The position numbers were made by a program, and so were the translations under genes. A stretch of DNA of 64,000 nt from assembly GCF_008831285.2 (NCBI RefSeq), contig NC_045138.2, positions 28,768,001 through 28,832,000 on the forward strand. The letters are read 5' to 3'. The DNA comes from Nymphaea colorata (lineage: Eukaryota). The notes under the pieces are model-generated. The model saw nothing but the letters and a program-made list of their open reading frames with translations. It did not search any database and was not told the DNA's origin. Shown in pieces: positions 23,301 through 36,089 of this stretch (the stretch's first letter is position 1; each line of letters starts with the position of its first letter).

Positions 23301-26300
23301 TCTCAGTCTGATTCCTATTGCAACTTCCCCCCCCTCTCTCTCTCTCTCACACACACACACACAAAAAATGAGCATTATTCACATGGATGGCGCTGCACAT
23401 GGACCAGTTCAAGCAGGTCTGGAATTAAAAAGGCTGGACCGAGCTTGAGCAGAGTCCAAACTTTAGAATTTTGACTCGGTCTGGTTGTTGGTGCCATGTA
23501 GACCCAACTGACCTGCTTTTAAATAACTTAACACAGACCAATAAAGAGAACCTTAGGCAATTGTTAATTTTTCCAAAGAAAACAAAAAAAAATTGCATTT
23601 ACATGAAAGAGAAAAAGTCAGCAATGAAGCTTCGGTTTCCTAAGACAATTAGAGAGAGGAGGATGAGATTGGCACTGAATTTGTTAATGTTAGAATATAT
23701 TGTAATGGGGAACCGGGTCCATATCTGGACCCGGTCCTATGGGGCACGGATACCGAGGCGGGCTCGTTATCCTAGGCGGCACTCTTTCTCTCCCTCCTAT
23801 ATATTCTTCACTTACATGTAATTGTTGAGTTAAGTGAATGTAATTTTTCTCTCTCCTAGGGTTGCGGTTTGCCCCTAGGTCAGAGCTTCCCCGTGGTTTT
23901 TCACCTCTTTCTGAGGTTTTCCACGTATACTGTGTGTGTTTTCTCTACTCTCTCCTTGTGGTTCGTGTTTCTACAGTTAAAATAGTAAATCTTACTTTCT
24001 TTGAAGTTTCGGAAGTTGCTATTTTGGTAACAAGCACAGCATCATAAAAAATTCAACTCATACATTTAAAAGATCACCTTTATTAATTAAAGCAAGATTG
24101 CATGGGCTGGGTCAAGAATAGGTTGGTCTTGACATGCAACTTGGACACCAGAAGTGAGTTATGAACACCCTTACACATGGGAAGATTATGAAAGTCAAGT
24201 AAACAAAAGAAAATTGAAAAGCTCCATAATAGTTTCTCGAGACATCACAAACGTTTGTGGATTATCTACCTAGTTGAGACAATCTCAAAGGAATTGATTG
24301 AGTGAGTGTTTGCAAGCACATCTCTATCAACCTTCACCATCGAGTCGCGTACCTGAATTGTATTTGGAGGCAGCTACACTCAAACAAGGGGAAAACACAA
24401 AATTAGAAAGCAGCAAACTAGTTCCATTGATTACCAATTTGAAATTTTCAATATGATACTTTAATTTGCACTTCATGGAAACAGATATAATAACATGTTT
24501 AGAGTTACAGTGTTCAGAATTTAGTGATGAATTATTCCTAAGAAAAATATATATACTAGGGCTCAAAGATCCAACACAAATTTGTTAAGACAATTGAGAC
24601 AATACTGGCAGCTTGCAATCATATCGTAGACCTTGCTCCCTACATAGTCAGACCCACACTTGAGAATCCAAGGCACAAGTCTAGAATCAAGGACCACCTT
24701 CTACACAAATATGCAGGAAATAAAGTTAAACATTTAATGTTTTTTGGCCCAAAAATGTAAAAGTTATGTGATTTTGTAACTCTGGTTTTTTTACTGTTCT
24801 TCTGAACAAATGCTATAAATGTTAGAATAAATGATGTTTACGTCCTCATCAGGTCAACCAGTTCAAGATGCCACCTGGCCTTTTTAAGGGCTTGGAGTAT
24901 AGACACCACTTAGAATTTTTTTTAGTATATAAATTTGTTTTCGTTGCAAAAATGGAAAAAGGAAACAAAATGTTTTACACTAGAAAATTTTCCAAATTAA
25001 AGACTTAGCTCAGAATGATACCAATATCACTGGATAAATGGCAAGAATAATGAGTTTTTTAGCAGACCTTGACAGAGTGAAGGAAAAGTAAGGAATTTTT
25101 CATAATCAATGGAGGAGAGTAGGCAGGGATGTACCATTTTATTAATAAGGGCTGTTCCTTTTATTGCATAACCCTTGTAAAAAAGACGAAACTGTATTAA
25201 CAATGGCTGAAACAACAAAGAAATAAGGATCAGAACATAGTCAAGATGCAAGAAAATTAACTAGTTACAAAACAGAGGATATAGAAAATCTAGACACTGG
25301 ATCCTCAGCATCACATGTCCTCCTCTTGCATAACATGTTCTTTTCCTTCTCAAATTGACCCTGCAAAAGATGGGGAATCAAGGGAAAAAATAAAAAGTAA
25401 CATCAATACATGATAGAGAATGTCGTGGAAAATATACAATATAAACAAACATAATAATGATTTGGGCATAAGAGAGTGTTGTGGAAAAAATATAGAATAT
25501 AAACTTAAACATAATAATAATTTGGACATAGTCACAAAAGGTTTCTTGTCTTTCCATAAATTCAGGGCAGAAATACTAAGCAAAGTACTACAAGGCAAAA
25601 GAAGTGAATATAGTAATAGGCATAGGTCAGATCAGTAAATTAATGATACTCCATCCAAACAAGCACATATAAACAATGTCACATTGAAGAAGAAACAGAA
25701 GGAGAAACTACTAGATAATCATAAAGGAACATAAGGTTTTTAATAAGAAACTAAATCAGGCAAAAACTGCAAAAGTGCACCAGATATTAAAACTTTAAAA
25801 AGTATAACTATAATTCATTAACTTACAGTCTTCTCTTTAACTTGCTTAGCAGTTAGACCACATAATGTGTATGTATGTAGAGAGGAAGAGAACAAGGAAA
25901 GAAAAAAGAGAGAGAGAGTTTTCTACTGTGGCCAACCATCCTGCTGACTTAAGAGATGCCCCACAACCACAAGAGATATGATGTGATACAGGAAATTGTG
26001 AATGTGCACATAGAGATGTAGCATTTAATTAATCTATAATAACTTCCCATCATTCATCAAAAGAAAGAAACCATGGCCATAATAAATTTCAGAATTTTGG
26101 TGGAGTTGAAATTAGAAAAGGGAAGTCCCCATAAACAAATTGGGGAAAAGTCAACTTACGTTTACTACTTTTGGACATCTCAAAGCCAAATCTTCAGAAA
26201 TAAACCCAGTCCCATCTGTGTGAATTAGTTCCTTGCCATTATCATCAAAAACTGCCACATTGTTATCATCCTGAGAAATAAGTCAGCACTGAAAGTTAAA

Positions 26301-27427
26301 TCAGTGAATGGCCTCAAAATAATGAAAAAATTTTGGGAAGGTCATGAGTTAAAATATTATCTCCATACCAAGCACAGTATGTCTTCAATAAATTCAACAT
26401 TCACTGCCCTAAGATCAACTGGTAACTCTATAGTCTTTGACAAAATAAGAGAAAATCTGCATCATGTTCCCAACATTCGTAGCAATTATTGAAGCAATCC
26501 TTGGTGCAACAACCCTTGCCCCCTAAGTGACAAAATTTGGTTGTACTCGAACAAGTTACCTTGCCATATACTTTGACAAGTGAGGAAGCGTATGTACATG
26601 CATAAACATAGCCCTAGCTTCAGTAATTGATTTGTTTGACAAGATATAATCCTCTGCTTGGTCAATAGCAGCTCTTGACTCTGTGCGAACAAAAAAACAC
26701 TTCACAGAAGAATAGTTATTCTTCTTCTTCTCCTCTTTCCCACCATCTTTGTAAACTAAGAAGAAAATTTAACAATCAGGCCACTTCAGAAGCAAATCCA
26801 TTCAACAGTATACTCAAATGAAACCACAACATTGAATGATATAGAAATCAACTGGTGTCCCTCCAGAATGCTCAGATAGGAAAATAAAAACATAGTCACA
26901 AATATCATTTATGGGTTTTAACCAGGAGGTTTCTCTTGAGTATAATACGGTGAAGTTGTTTTCCTTGGGAAAATCTCGGTAAATTTTAAAACAATTAAAA
27001 AAGTCTTAAAAGTAAAATGGGAAAAATAAAAAAGTGGTAGCAAAAAATGTAACACAAAAACACAAAAAAAATGAACATATATATAAATACCTTTTGGAGT
27101 TTTTCTCAAAAAACGCATTTTTTGCCTTTTTTGGCTGACCCATTTTTCGAGTTTTTAATGTGTTTTTTTTTAAACATGTTTTTTGCGACTATGGAAAAAC
27201 TAATACATTAAGGTTTTAAGAACCATAATTTCTTGATGGATTAACAGCACAGTGATCAAGCAAGAGCATAAACAACATAGAACCTTGTTTAACCATATCT
27301 AACAAACAGAAAGAGTAAAGCTTAAAAGGAAAAAGTTTCTAATTAGGAGGAAGACCATCTACATGGTGCAACCCACTTCCTATTTACATGCATATATATA
27401 CCCACTTTCTATTTACATGCATAGATA

Positions 27428-27463
<36 letters not shown>

Positions 27464-30400
27464 CCTATATATATATATAGAGGAAGAGAGAGAGAGATTG
27501 ATGCAAGATGAAAGCATAACCAAATCACGAAACTGGATCTAATTATATTTTATTTAGTACTTGTAATCCATCCCTTTCTCTATATAAAGGGACGTTGGTT
27601 CATTTTGTAGGAGTCAATCAGTTGAAAGAAATGAAGTGCTTTCTTATTTTTCTTCTTCTGTTCTTCTTGTTCCTTGCTCGTTTGCTTGAGTTTTAGTTAG
27701 TTTTAGTTTAGTTGTAACTGCAGACGGATTAAGATTTGTTGATCTTAATTCTTCTTGTGATGCAATTGGTATCAGAGCGAGGCTTTTACGAACATGAAAG
27801 ACCAAGTTCAGCAAACCTTGCTGACCGTAGCAAGGCAGGAATCTGATTTATCTTTCATTAGACAGGATCTTATTGTTGTAACCAGGAAGATAGACGTTGC
27901 AACCAGGACGATGGACGAGATCAGAGCAACGCTCTGCTCGTTTTTGTAGTATGCACAAAATAAAGCAGAAAATTACCAAGCGTTTCCTGCAAATGGTATT
28001 CCCAATCTCTGTGCATTGGGAGCTGAACGACCGTCGCAAGGTTACTCTGCGAGAGACGCCAGGGCTTTGGGGAGAATCTTGAATGCATCAATGAAAGGAG
28101 TTCTTGCCGGAGGTCCGTTGCCAGCAGGTGTAGCAAATCCGACACTAGGGCTCTTCGCCAGAGCTCCCCTGTTTCCGTCAAAAGGTAGTGGAGAACCTGC
28201 CCATCGTCAGGCAGAAGTCACGGCCCACGTTGGTCTGCCCACCGGTGAGCAAATGAAGGCACCATGTCCGGCGAAGGGAGCGATGTCGGCATCGGCTCCT
28301 CCTAGTGCATTGGGTGAGGTGCGGCAGACGTCGTCGGCTGCTGGTGGTGCAGGGGACGTCGCCAGCAGTTCCGCTCAACCAAAGGGGCAAAATCTGGAGG
28401 CATCTCTGTCCGACCGGCCGCCGCCCGTCGCTCCGCCTCCCACCACAGTTCGAGGGTCGAGGGAAAGTCGCCCGCCACCGCCGTTCACCCACCATCATCA
28501 TCGGTGAGAGGCGGTGGGTGCCCTGCCCTCTGGTTTGCCCCTTCTGCCTCTGTTTGAGGCGAAAAGGGGGAAACTCGAGCGAGGCGCTCGAGGGTTGGGA
28601 CTGCTTCCTTTTGGGACTGGTTCAAGTGAAACCGGGTTTTGGACCCGGTTCGAACCTGTATAGCTCAACCTCCTCAATGCAAATAAGCTATATGTATATA
28701 TATATATATAAAGAGAGAGAGAGAGAGAGAGAATTTGATTAGACTGTTTAAATGCAACAGTTAATGTGTTCCTTTTGCGATTTAACCTTACAGGGTTAAC
28801 ATATATTTAGTTAATTATTTTTTGAATTTAATATGATTTTGATCAGACATGAAACTGAATGGCCCATATAACATCAAAATTTTAATCGTGGAGAAATCCC
28901 CATTTTTCATAAAAGTAACTATAACTAAAGCATATTTTGTATCAAATTAGTTTTTATAAATATCCTAAGGAATGTGTTCAAAGAGTCCCATTTTTAGACT
29001 AACTATTCTAACTCATTTTCTTCCCTTACTTGCTCACCTACTTTTGGTTCAAGAGTTTGGATCCGGACCCAATCCCACTTCTTCCACTTTCTTTAACCGG
29101 ATCCGGTGCAGGGTCACTCCAGAACCAAGTCCAAGCTCGCGTTCCTTCTCCAAAGCCGCCACCAAAGCCGCCACCTTGATCATCAACAGAAGATAGAGCA
29201 GACCACCACTTTAGCATACATAGGCGAACGGTGAGACCTTTTGTTCAGCAGATCCAAACGTTGTCCAAACTCTCTAAGGTGAAGAATCATTTTGGCAGAA
29301 TGAAAGATTTAAGCTCATCGAGGACGACTCTTCTCCAACTAGGGGAGTTGGATGCAAGATGAAAGCATAACCAAATCATGTAATTGGATCTAATTATATT
29401 TTTTTTAGTACTTGTAAATGGATTCAGATCCGCAATCCATCCCTTTCTCTATATAAAGGGACGTTGGTTCATTTTGTAGGAGTCAATCAGTTGAAAGAAA
29501 TGAAGTGTTTTCTTATTTTTCTTCTTTTGTTCTTTTTGTTCCTTGCTCGTTTGTTTGAGTTTTAGTTAGTTTTAGTTTAGTTTTAGTTTAGTTGTTGTTG
29601 ATCTTAATTTTTCTTGCATCAGAGATGGTACAAAACATGCAGCCTTTTCCACCTCAATCCCTCTTGCAGATCTAAAATGCAAGCATCGTAAGTCCAAACC
29701 ACCCCTCTCCTATCTCTCTCTCATGAAAGATCAATGGATCTTGCATCTTCCTCAGACTTCAAATGACTTAAAATACAAAGTTTAATAAAACTATGGAGGA
29801 GGCCCATCTCACCATCAACCCTTGGATCTCAGATCATCAATCAAACAACCCCCAAATTTCTCTTGCACAAGTAATCCGACATGATACAAAAATGCATTAC
29901 ATTTCGCTACCATGACTCACGTATGCACTATGCTATTTGCTCAAAAGAATCATACTCAATAGTTCTTAAGTTCTTATAGAATTTGTTTCTTTGTCCTACT
30001 TACAAAAACAAAAACATGGTTTAAAGATTAAACATAAAGGGAGATATTTACCGAAAAAACGATAAAGCCGTAATCCTACATAAATTCCATCATCTGCAAC
30101 ATTGTGAAAAATATTTGTATACTGAGGTAAGTGAAGTTTAGATCCACTAGCGTTCTCTGTTTCAGCAAACTTGACCAACAAAACATTGTCATCGCCTAGG
30201 ACTCTTTGAAGGATATTAGTCGTGTGATGAAAATATGGACCCTGCACACAAATGAGAAAGTGATACTTGATGGCCATATAGAACTAGCATGGAAAACTTC
30301 AATGACCTCCACTTAGCCAACTGAAACAACATGCATAGTAACCACTTAAGAGACATTGAATTGCAGAGTGATCAAGACAATCAAGATTTGAAACAAGAAA

Positions 30401-33400
30401 AGGAACAACTCCATCATAAAACTTTTTCCATGTATTTTTTCCCCCTCCATTGTGCTGTCCTTCTACAACAAATGCATTCAAATTGTTCACAACATTTCCT
30501 TTCATACAATCAGGTTTTTGTGCAAGAATTTGACCACGTCAAACAAAACACTAGTTGCAGAACATTAACTAGCATTTGATACTTAACATCTTCAGACAAA
30601 CAGGAATATAAGAAAGTAAGATGTACTGTACCATATCTATTTAGAAGATATGCCTAGACTCATCAGGCTAACAACGTTAGATCCATAGAAGGCTATTAAA
30701 CAACCTTAAGGACAAGAACAATGCAGAGACATAAATAAAAGAAAATAGAAAAGGAATGGCAGCTCAACAATGGAAATACAATATAACAAGGCCCTACCAA
30801 CTCCAAAGAGGCTTCCAGTAATCTTACACAAGGAAAACTGATGTTGTTGCATAAAGCTTACTTTCCTCAGGAGGATAAAAACATAAAGAACAGAAGAAAG
30901 GCACAAGGTCGATCATGACCAAGCATTCTGCACATTATCATTTATATCACAGTTTACATTTTAAAAATTATGAAATCCAAGACAAGCAATCAGGCATCTT
31001 TCGTTACCTGCTTTTTAAGCATGATGGCATAAAATAGGGATGCCAAGATATACAGCTATGATATAGTTCGCAGATCAATTTTGAAGAAACAACAAAGTGG
31101 AACAGTGCCAAAGATACATCCAGAACCTGGTGTTCACCTTAAAACTGATGTTACCATTATGGTCAACGAGACAATGATACTGATGAGTTTTCCCAGAATC
31201 CCAATCCTGATTCTACAAATCAAATCAGCAAAACAGTGGACTCAACAGCAGTTCAACTTATAAATGAAATTTTAATTGTCGACAAACCACTTAAAACATT
31301 ATATGGCTTGCACTAATGGAAGAAATCATTACAGACATAGAGCGATGCCATCAACTGCAATACAATATTTTAAAAAATGGCAGGCAAGTCAAAAAATAAG
31401 GTTTAGGCAGTCTTTTAATGTGTCAGGGAATCCACCATGAATCTTCTGTCACAATACCTTATTAATTTTGGATATGCACAATTTTAGGAATATTAGAAGT
31501 GGTGCACTTATGATGCTTAAATGCCGTGCAAGTTATTTGCATGATTTTCCCTGTGTCCCATGAAATTCAATGATGGTACTTTATGTCATGTTAAAAGTAT
31601 GTGATCAGGACTTCATGTGGGAAAAGGAAGGAGAACAGGCAAGTTGTATTCCTGTATGATCTCTAGTATTATATAATTTATCATGTATTGCTAAATTAAA
31701 GCAGCAGAGGAAATGTCTCATGGCTACTAATTAGGGAAAAAGTCAATGATTAAACATGTTGAAAATGTATATAGCCAACAGCATATATGTACGCATGTGC
31801 ATAACTGTATGTATGTAGCCATTTTTCATTGCTAAGCAGAGGTTTGACGGTCAAAAAATGCTGCTAAGATGGACTGAACCAAGTGATTCTGGTTGCAGTA
31901 GATGCTGGAGGTGACTTTTAGAAATAGTTTAGATGATGCTCTAAAAGGTGTAACAAAGTTCTTACCTATAAATTCAGACTCCTGTAGATTTAGGCAAAAC
32001 ATCATCTTGTGTAAATGAATATAACTTTCAGACAGTCATGCAAAGTTGTCTTGATAACAGAAAGAGCAGCTTTTATATATGGCAAGAGGGAATCTTTGAT
32101 TGTGTAAAGCACACATTTCTCTATGCATAAATGGTAAAAGTGCTCTCAGCAGCCTCCATTTCATTCAATTTTGGGACAGTAAAGCATCAACTTTGACTTG
32201 GCGCAAAGATGTTCCCCAATACAAATGCTAAAAGTGCTATAGAAAGCTCTTGTTCATTCAATTTTGGGACAGTAGAGCGTCAACTTTGACTTGGCACAAA
32301 GTACATGTTGTCTGACCTTCTTTGGTTAGATCGGTGTCTGAGCCAATGCTACATTGAAAGAGAGCAACATTAATTTTTCTGTCCACATAGCAATATTGAT
32401 CACTTGAATTTCAATCATATTCGAGCCGCTGTGTAGAACAATATGATTTTGTTGAACCAGAACTGAAGGTCTCAGTTTGTAACCATTCAAAAGCATGAAG
32501 TGGTTTGAAAGAGCAGAACCGGTGAAAACAGGAACTTGCATTTTTCTTTAACCTGAATCTTATAATTAACCCAGAAAATGCACATAAATACCGACGAAAT
32601 CTTTCTCCACAGGACCACATATGCAGTTAAGCATTTGCTGTTCATAAACATAATAAAAAAACCAACCTGTTTCAATCTTCCATTTGGGACGCAATGTCTT
32701 CCTATTGCTCTCCAAACTTCCTCCTCAAAGGTGGACATGGGCAAATCCTTCAACTGAAGGATTTTGTCCACTGATATTGCATTTTCAAGTCTTTTTCTGC
32801 ATACTCTCGACAAATAAAAGATAGAAACAAGGACACAAGTAAACCAAGACAGTCAATAGCGTCTATTTTTCTACTTTTTGCAAAATCAAGACATAATTCT
32901 TAGGTGAAACTTACTCCCCAACGTAACTTAAGATTAGAAATGCCTTTCGAAATTCGAGTTCCCCCAGAACCACCAAATGCTGAGAGGTGGTAGGCATGTT
33001 TGCATTTCTGAACACCAGTGACTGGCAAGCAGTTATGGACCCGTACGGATTTGGGAGCTCTGGATTATTCGTATAGCCTTCATGTATGATAATACAGATG
33101 AGCCGTCAATCACTCAACAGTCGACCACTCAAGCGATATCAAAAGCAAATTACGATTACATTAATTATTTATGCAAGTTCCTGAGCATTCCTATTGATAT
33201 CAAAAGTCAGAAACGATCTGCAGAAATAGAAGAGAGGCCATTTTCGCTCTCTCTAATGCAAACGCTGCATAACGAAATTCGAGTTCAACAACTTGACGTC
33301 CACGCACTTCCCAATTTCAATATCCCAGCCAGAAAAATAAAGACAATATATCTAACCATCTGGAAGGTGCGAATAAAGCAACCTCCCTTGGAAATTCCAA

Positions 33401-33736
33401 CTAAGATCATCGGAAAGGACACTCACTAAACCAGAGAGAGACAAACGTACATTCCTTTCGCTCTATCGGGGTCACTGGTGAGCCGGCGGGACTGGCACTT
33501 CCTGAGGTTCGGCCGGTACCACGGTGCATCTTCACTGATAAGATGATAGAGGCGGAAAGGTTGGTAACCCTTCCAGCCGCGATCGCATTGAGGATATCAA
33601 CCGCGGTTTCCTCCGGGAGGGAGCTCAGCCCTTCGAGAGCGCTAGCATCCGGCGCACCTAGCGACCGCTCTTCACGAAGTCGCCGGAGAGTGCTCTCAAC
33701 GACCGGGGACAGACGAAATTTCAGGGGCGAGCTCAT
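17346..33736 (-). CDS. RDR3: RNA-dependent RNA polymerase, RDR-gamma clade (RDR3/4/5-like); 3' exons not in window
   Basis: Predicted GT-AG exons in consistent phase: 33451-33736, 32915-33077, 32667-32796, 31138-31212, 30052-30241, 26560-26755, 26369-26456, 26160-26270, 25135-25206, 24270-24373, 21896-22044, 21445-21664, 20644-20869, 18000-18142, 17346-17508 (a small exon near 25830 may be missed). Motifs GELEFRKAFLILSY, LQRVLGDDNVLLVKF, HTDGTGFISEDLA, HPGLHFGDIH and catalytic DFDGD. The sequence cannot separate RDR3, RDR4 and RDR5. Confidence 0.93.
18750..19200 (+). mobile_element. Decayed LTR remnant related to the element B/C family (boundaries approximate)
   Basis: T-rich tract, then TAGCCATTGGAACTAGTCCAATAGCTAG and TTCCTTCTTCTTCACTCTAA, matching the hairpin and downstream motif of the B LTR. 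Confidence 0.5.
19440..19739 (-). mobile_element. Possible degenerate retroelement zinc-knuckle fragment (LINE ORF1- or Gag-like)
   Basis: The translation has decayed CCHC-like motifs CHRYGHVGH and CGSSSYILALC; no other domains recognised. Confidence 0.3.
22281..23186. mobile_element. Rearranged LTR-retrotransposon remnant: LTR end, PBS and gag-like start on +, and a related LTR fragment in inverted orientation
   Basis: ...CTAACA AT TGGTATCAGAGCC (PBS 22391-22403) followed by coiled-coil-like MAGRLEQVES...; 22319-22350 matches the reverse complement of ~23008-23039. Confidence 0.65.
23688..23975 (+). mobile_element. Solo LTR of the element A family (288 bp) in an RDR intron
   Basis: TGTTAGAA...TTTCTACA, homologous to 8433-8678; TSD GTTAA at 23683-23687 and 23976-23980; no PBS or PPT. 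Confidence 0.93.
26891..27193. mobile_element. MITE with 12-bp terminal inverted repeats
   Basis: CATAGTCACAAA ... TTTGCGACTATG (one mismatch), AT-rich interior, second copy at 10280/15534-15904; TSD unclear. Confidence 0.75.
27499..29621 (+). mobile_element. Non-autonomous LTR retrotransposon (2.1 kb, probably Gypsy-derived) in an RDR intron
   Basis: LTRs at ~27499-27764 and ~29350-29621; PBS TGGTATCAGAGC at 27767-27778; PPT AGGGGAG at 29341-29347; TSD GAGAT at 27494-27498 and 29622-29626; no RT or integrase seen. Confidence 0.88.
32160..32301. repeat. 49-bp direct duplication (93-bp spacing) in an RDR intron
   Basis: TTCATTCAATTTTGGGACAGTA..CAACTTTGACTTGGC.CAAAG at 32160-32208 and 32253-32301. 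Confidence 0.85.
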
Positions 33737-33864
33737 CGCGTCCGTACACACACACACAGGGAAAAAGAGAGAGAGAGAGAGAGAGAGGGAAGGGGACTCG
33801 AAGTTGTCGACCAAATTGAGTAGAATTTGAAATCCTCTCCAGGCTCCAGTTCGCGTTGTTTTCG

Positions 33865-33900
33865 TTTGGCGCGAGAAACGAGACCGGTTACATGACGTCA
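33865..33900. promoter_or_regulatory. Candidate RDR promoter motifs: E2F site TTTGGCGC and palindromic TGACGTCA
   Basis: TTTGGCGC at 33865-33872 and TGACGTCA at 33893-33900, 130-165 bp upstream of the ATG; motif match only. Confidence 0.4.
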
Positions 33901-34994
33901 GCTTGCACTGGATTTAAAATTCCAGGTGATCTGAAATCGTCGATTCCGAGGGCACCTTCCGTCGCTCAATCAAATTTATGTAACGATGAGATTCTCAATC
34001 AAATTTATGAATGATGGGATTCTATGTCACGTCCTACATTGTACTCTGACAGAAAATGTGGATTTTAAATAAACTGGTTAACGTTTGATAGCCCCAGATT
34101 GGATCTGAAATCAGATGAGAATTCTAGACCTTAGATAGGCTCGAGTTGATCGAGCCAAACTTTATGTGCGGAACTGAAATGTTGGCATGTAAATGTTGTA
34201 AATGTAGGGTCTTCAAGCATGATTGTCAACTTAAACATCTTTTTTGTTGTTTGAAGGATAGACCAACAATATGATTAAGAAAGTTGTGTTTAGTTGTGAT
34301 TTCTAAGAAGATGAATTATGAAATATATTAATATTTGACATAAATTTTGGATTCAATGATAGGATGGATATGTAAATTCGTAATAAAGATGGCGGTCGCA
34401 TGTTTTCATATCAATTTCTATCCTTCTGCGATATGAATTCAAGTACGATCTTTAGTTTAGGAGAAATCAATGAAATGGCATCAATTCAAATCTTGTATTT
34501 TTGAATTGAGAGAGATCAATAATTCTCGCTATTTCTTACATTCATGAACCAAATTCGATTCAGTGGTGTCATCTACTACAAATTATTAGTGTTCAATTGT
34601 TATATATTTTGTCATGAAATTCCCCGAAGTTTGCTAGCAACTGACCTCATTCTTTGAGCAAGATGAGCAAACACTTGCTATTTTACTGAGTGACCTTTGG
34701 CAGCAAATTCATTTTCCTAATCCCTAACTCGTTTTATTGATCATGCAACGTATATTAAGCTTTCACTTCAATTATAGTGAAAGCAGCAACAATCGCTGAA
34801 AGTGCAAATGAAAAATTGCACATATCACCAACACGAAAAACTAGGCATCAATGTGTAAATTGCCTTTATCACTATCAGACAAACCTTCATAATTTGCTGG
34901 TCCTTTACAACTTATCTGCCTTTTTCGCTCACGGATTCTTTCCTTACCCACGAAGTTCTCTATCGCTAGTGGGTTCTCCTACTTATATTTAGTA

Positions 34995-34996
<2 letters not shown>

Positions 34997-35047
<51 letters not shown>

Positions 35048-35061
35048 TATATATATATATA
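34997..35061. repeat. Compound microsatellite (CT)n(AC)n(AT)n
   Basis: Seen directly in the sequence. Confidence 0.9.
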
Positions 35062-35451
35062 ATTTAACAATGGAAATAACTAATTGTTTTCTCTTTTTGT
35101 GTGTGTGTGTGTAGTGAGTGAAGGTTGATTCTTATCCAAACTCACTCAATCATATAACCAAAACAGTCCATCTGAAATAGATTGATGGTTGAGAGAAGAA
35201 GACAAGAAAAAATATGTGAATTCGTATTAGATGATGAAAATATTCATCAATTTTTTTTCATTGTTTTTCTCTAAACCATTCACTATGTTGGATTGAATGG
35301 CTAAGGATGGTTTGTTGTTCTGAAAAATTATAATCACCATTCAAGTTATATATATATATAAAGCTCATGTTACACCACTCTTTGATTACTGCGTGCAGTC
35401 TTAGAGTGTTGACCATTGCCTTGATGTAAAAATTCTTCCTTACAAATGTGC

Positions 35452-35596
35452 CCTAAGGCTAGGGTTGATTCCTCGGATCTTAGATTGAAGGCTGATCTTA
35501 AATTCGCATTAGGTGAAATCCACCTTAAGGTTATGGTTGATTCCTCGGATCTTAGATTCAAAGCTGATCTTAAATTCACGTTAGGAGAAATCCACC
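35452..35596. repeat. 72-bp tandem duplication
   Basis: TAAGG..GGTTGATTCCTCGGATCTTAGATT...GAAATCCACC occurs twice, with TAAGG at 35454 and 35526. Confidence 0.9.
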
Positions 35597-35607
35597 GATG
35601 AAGCAAA

Positions 35608-36089
35608 CAGTAGACTCTACAACTGTAGATTTGAGATCAACATTAATATTTTCTTGCCATTATATTGTCAGCGCTTAGATGCAAACACTCATATTCAAAT
35701 AAAAGATTCTTAAAAGGGTAGAAATTGAATCGCACAGTACTTTTTACGGTGAAAAATAACTATCTAAATCCCGAAAAACTCATAACCGTGGAGATGCTTA
35801 AGAGAACATTTGAAGCAATACACTTGCTTCATGAACACTTGTTTTAAGAACGGTATGGTCCTGTTCTAAGAAACATAGGATGATCAAATACATGCTATAA
35901 GAACCACATTCTTGTTTTAAGAAACATTGGGTGATTATAGAAATTGTTTTTAGATCCAACCAACAAATGTTAGACATAACAGCACCATGTTTTATAGAAC
36001 AAGAACGTGGTGGTCTTGAAATATGTGACATAAAATTATGTGTTTTAATGACACAATCTTCTTATCAAACACCCATTTAGAGTCTACTG
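35608..36089. mobile_element. Putative MITE with perfect 12-bp terminal inverted repeats
   Basis: CAGTAGACTCTA at 35608-35619 and TAGAGTCTACTG at 36078-36089; no TSD found. Confidence 0.45.

Noticed and set aside
28016..28742. Overlapping 107-163 aa ORFs
   Set aside because: They lie in the GC-rich interior of a non-autonomous LTR element, where several frames stay open by composition; no domain recognised.
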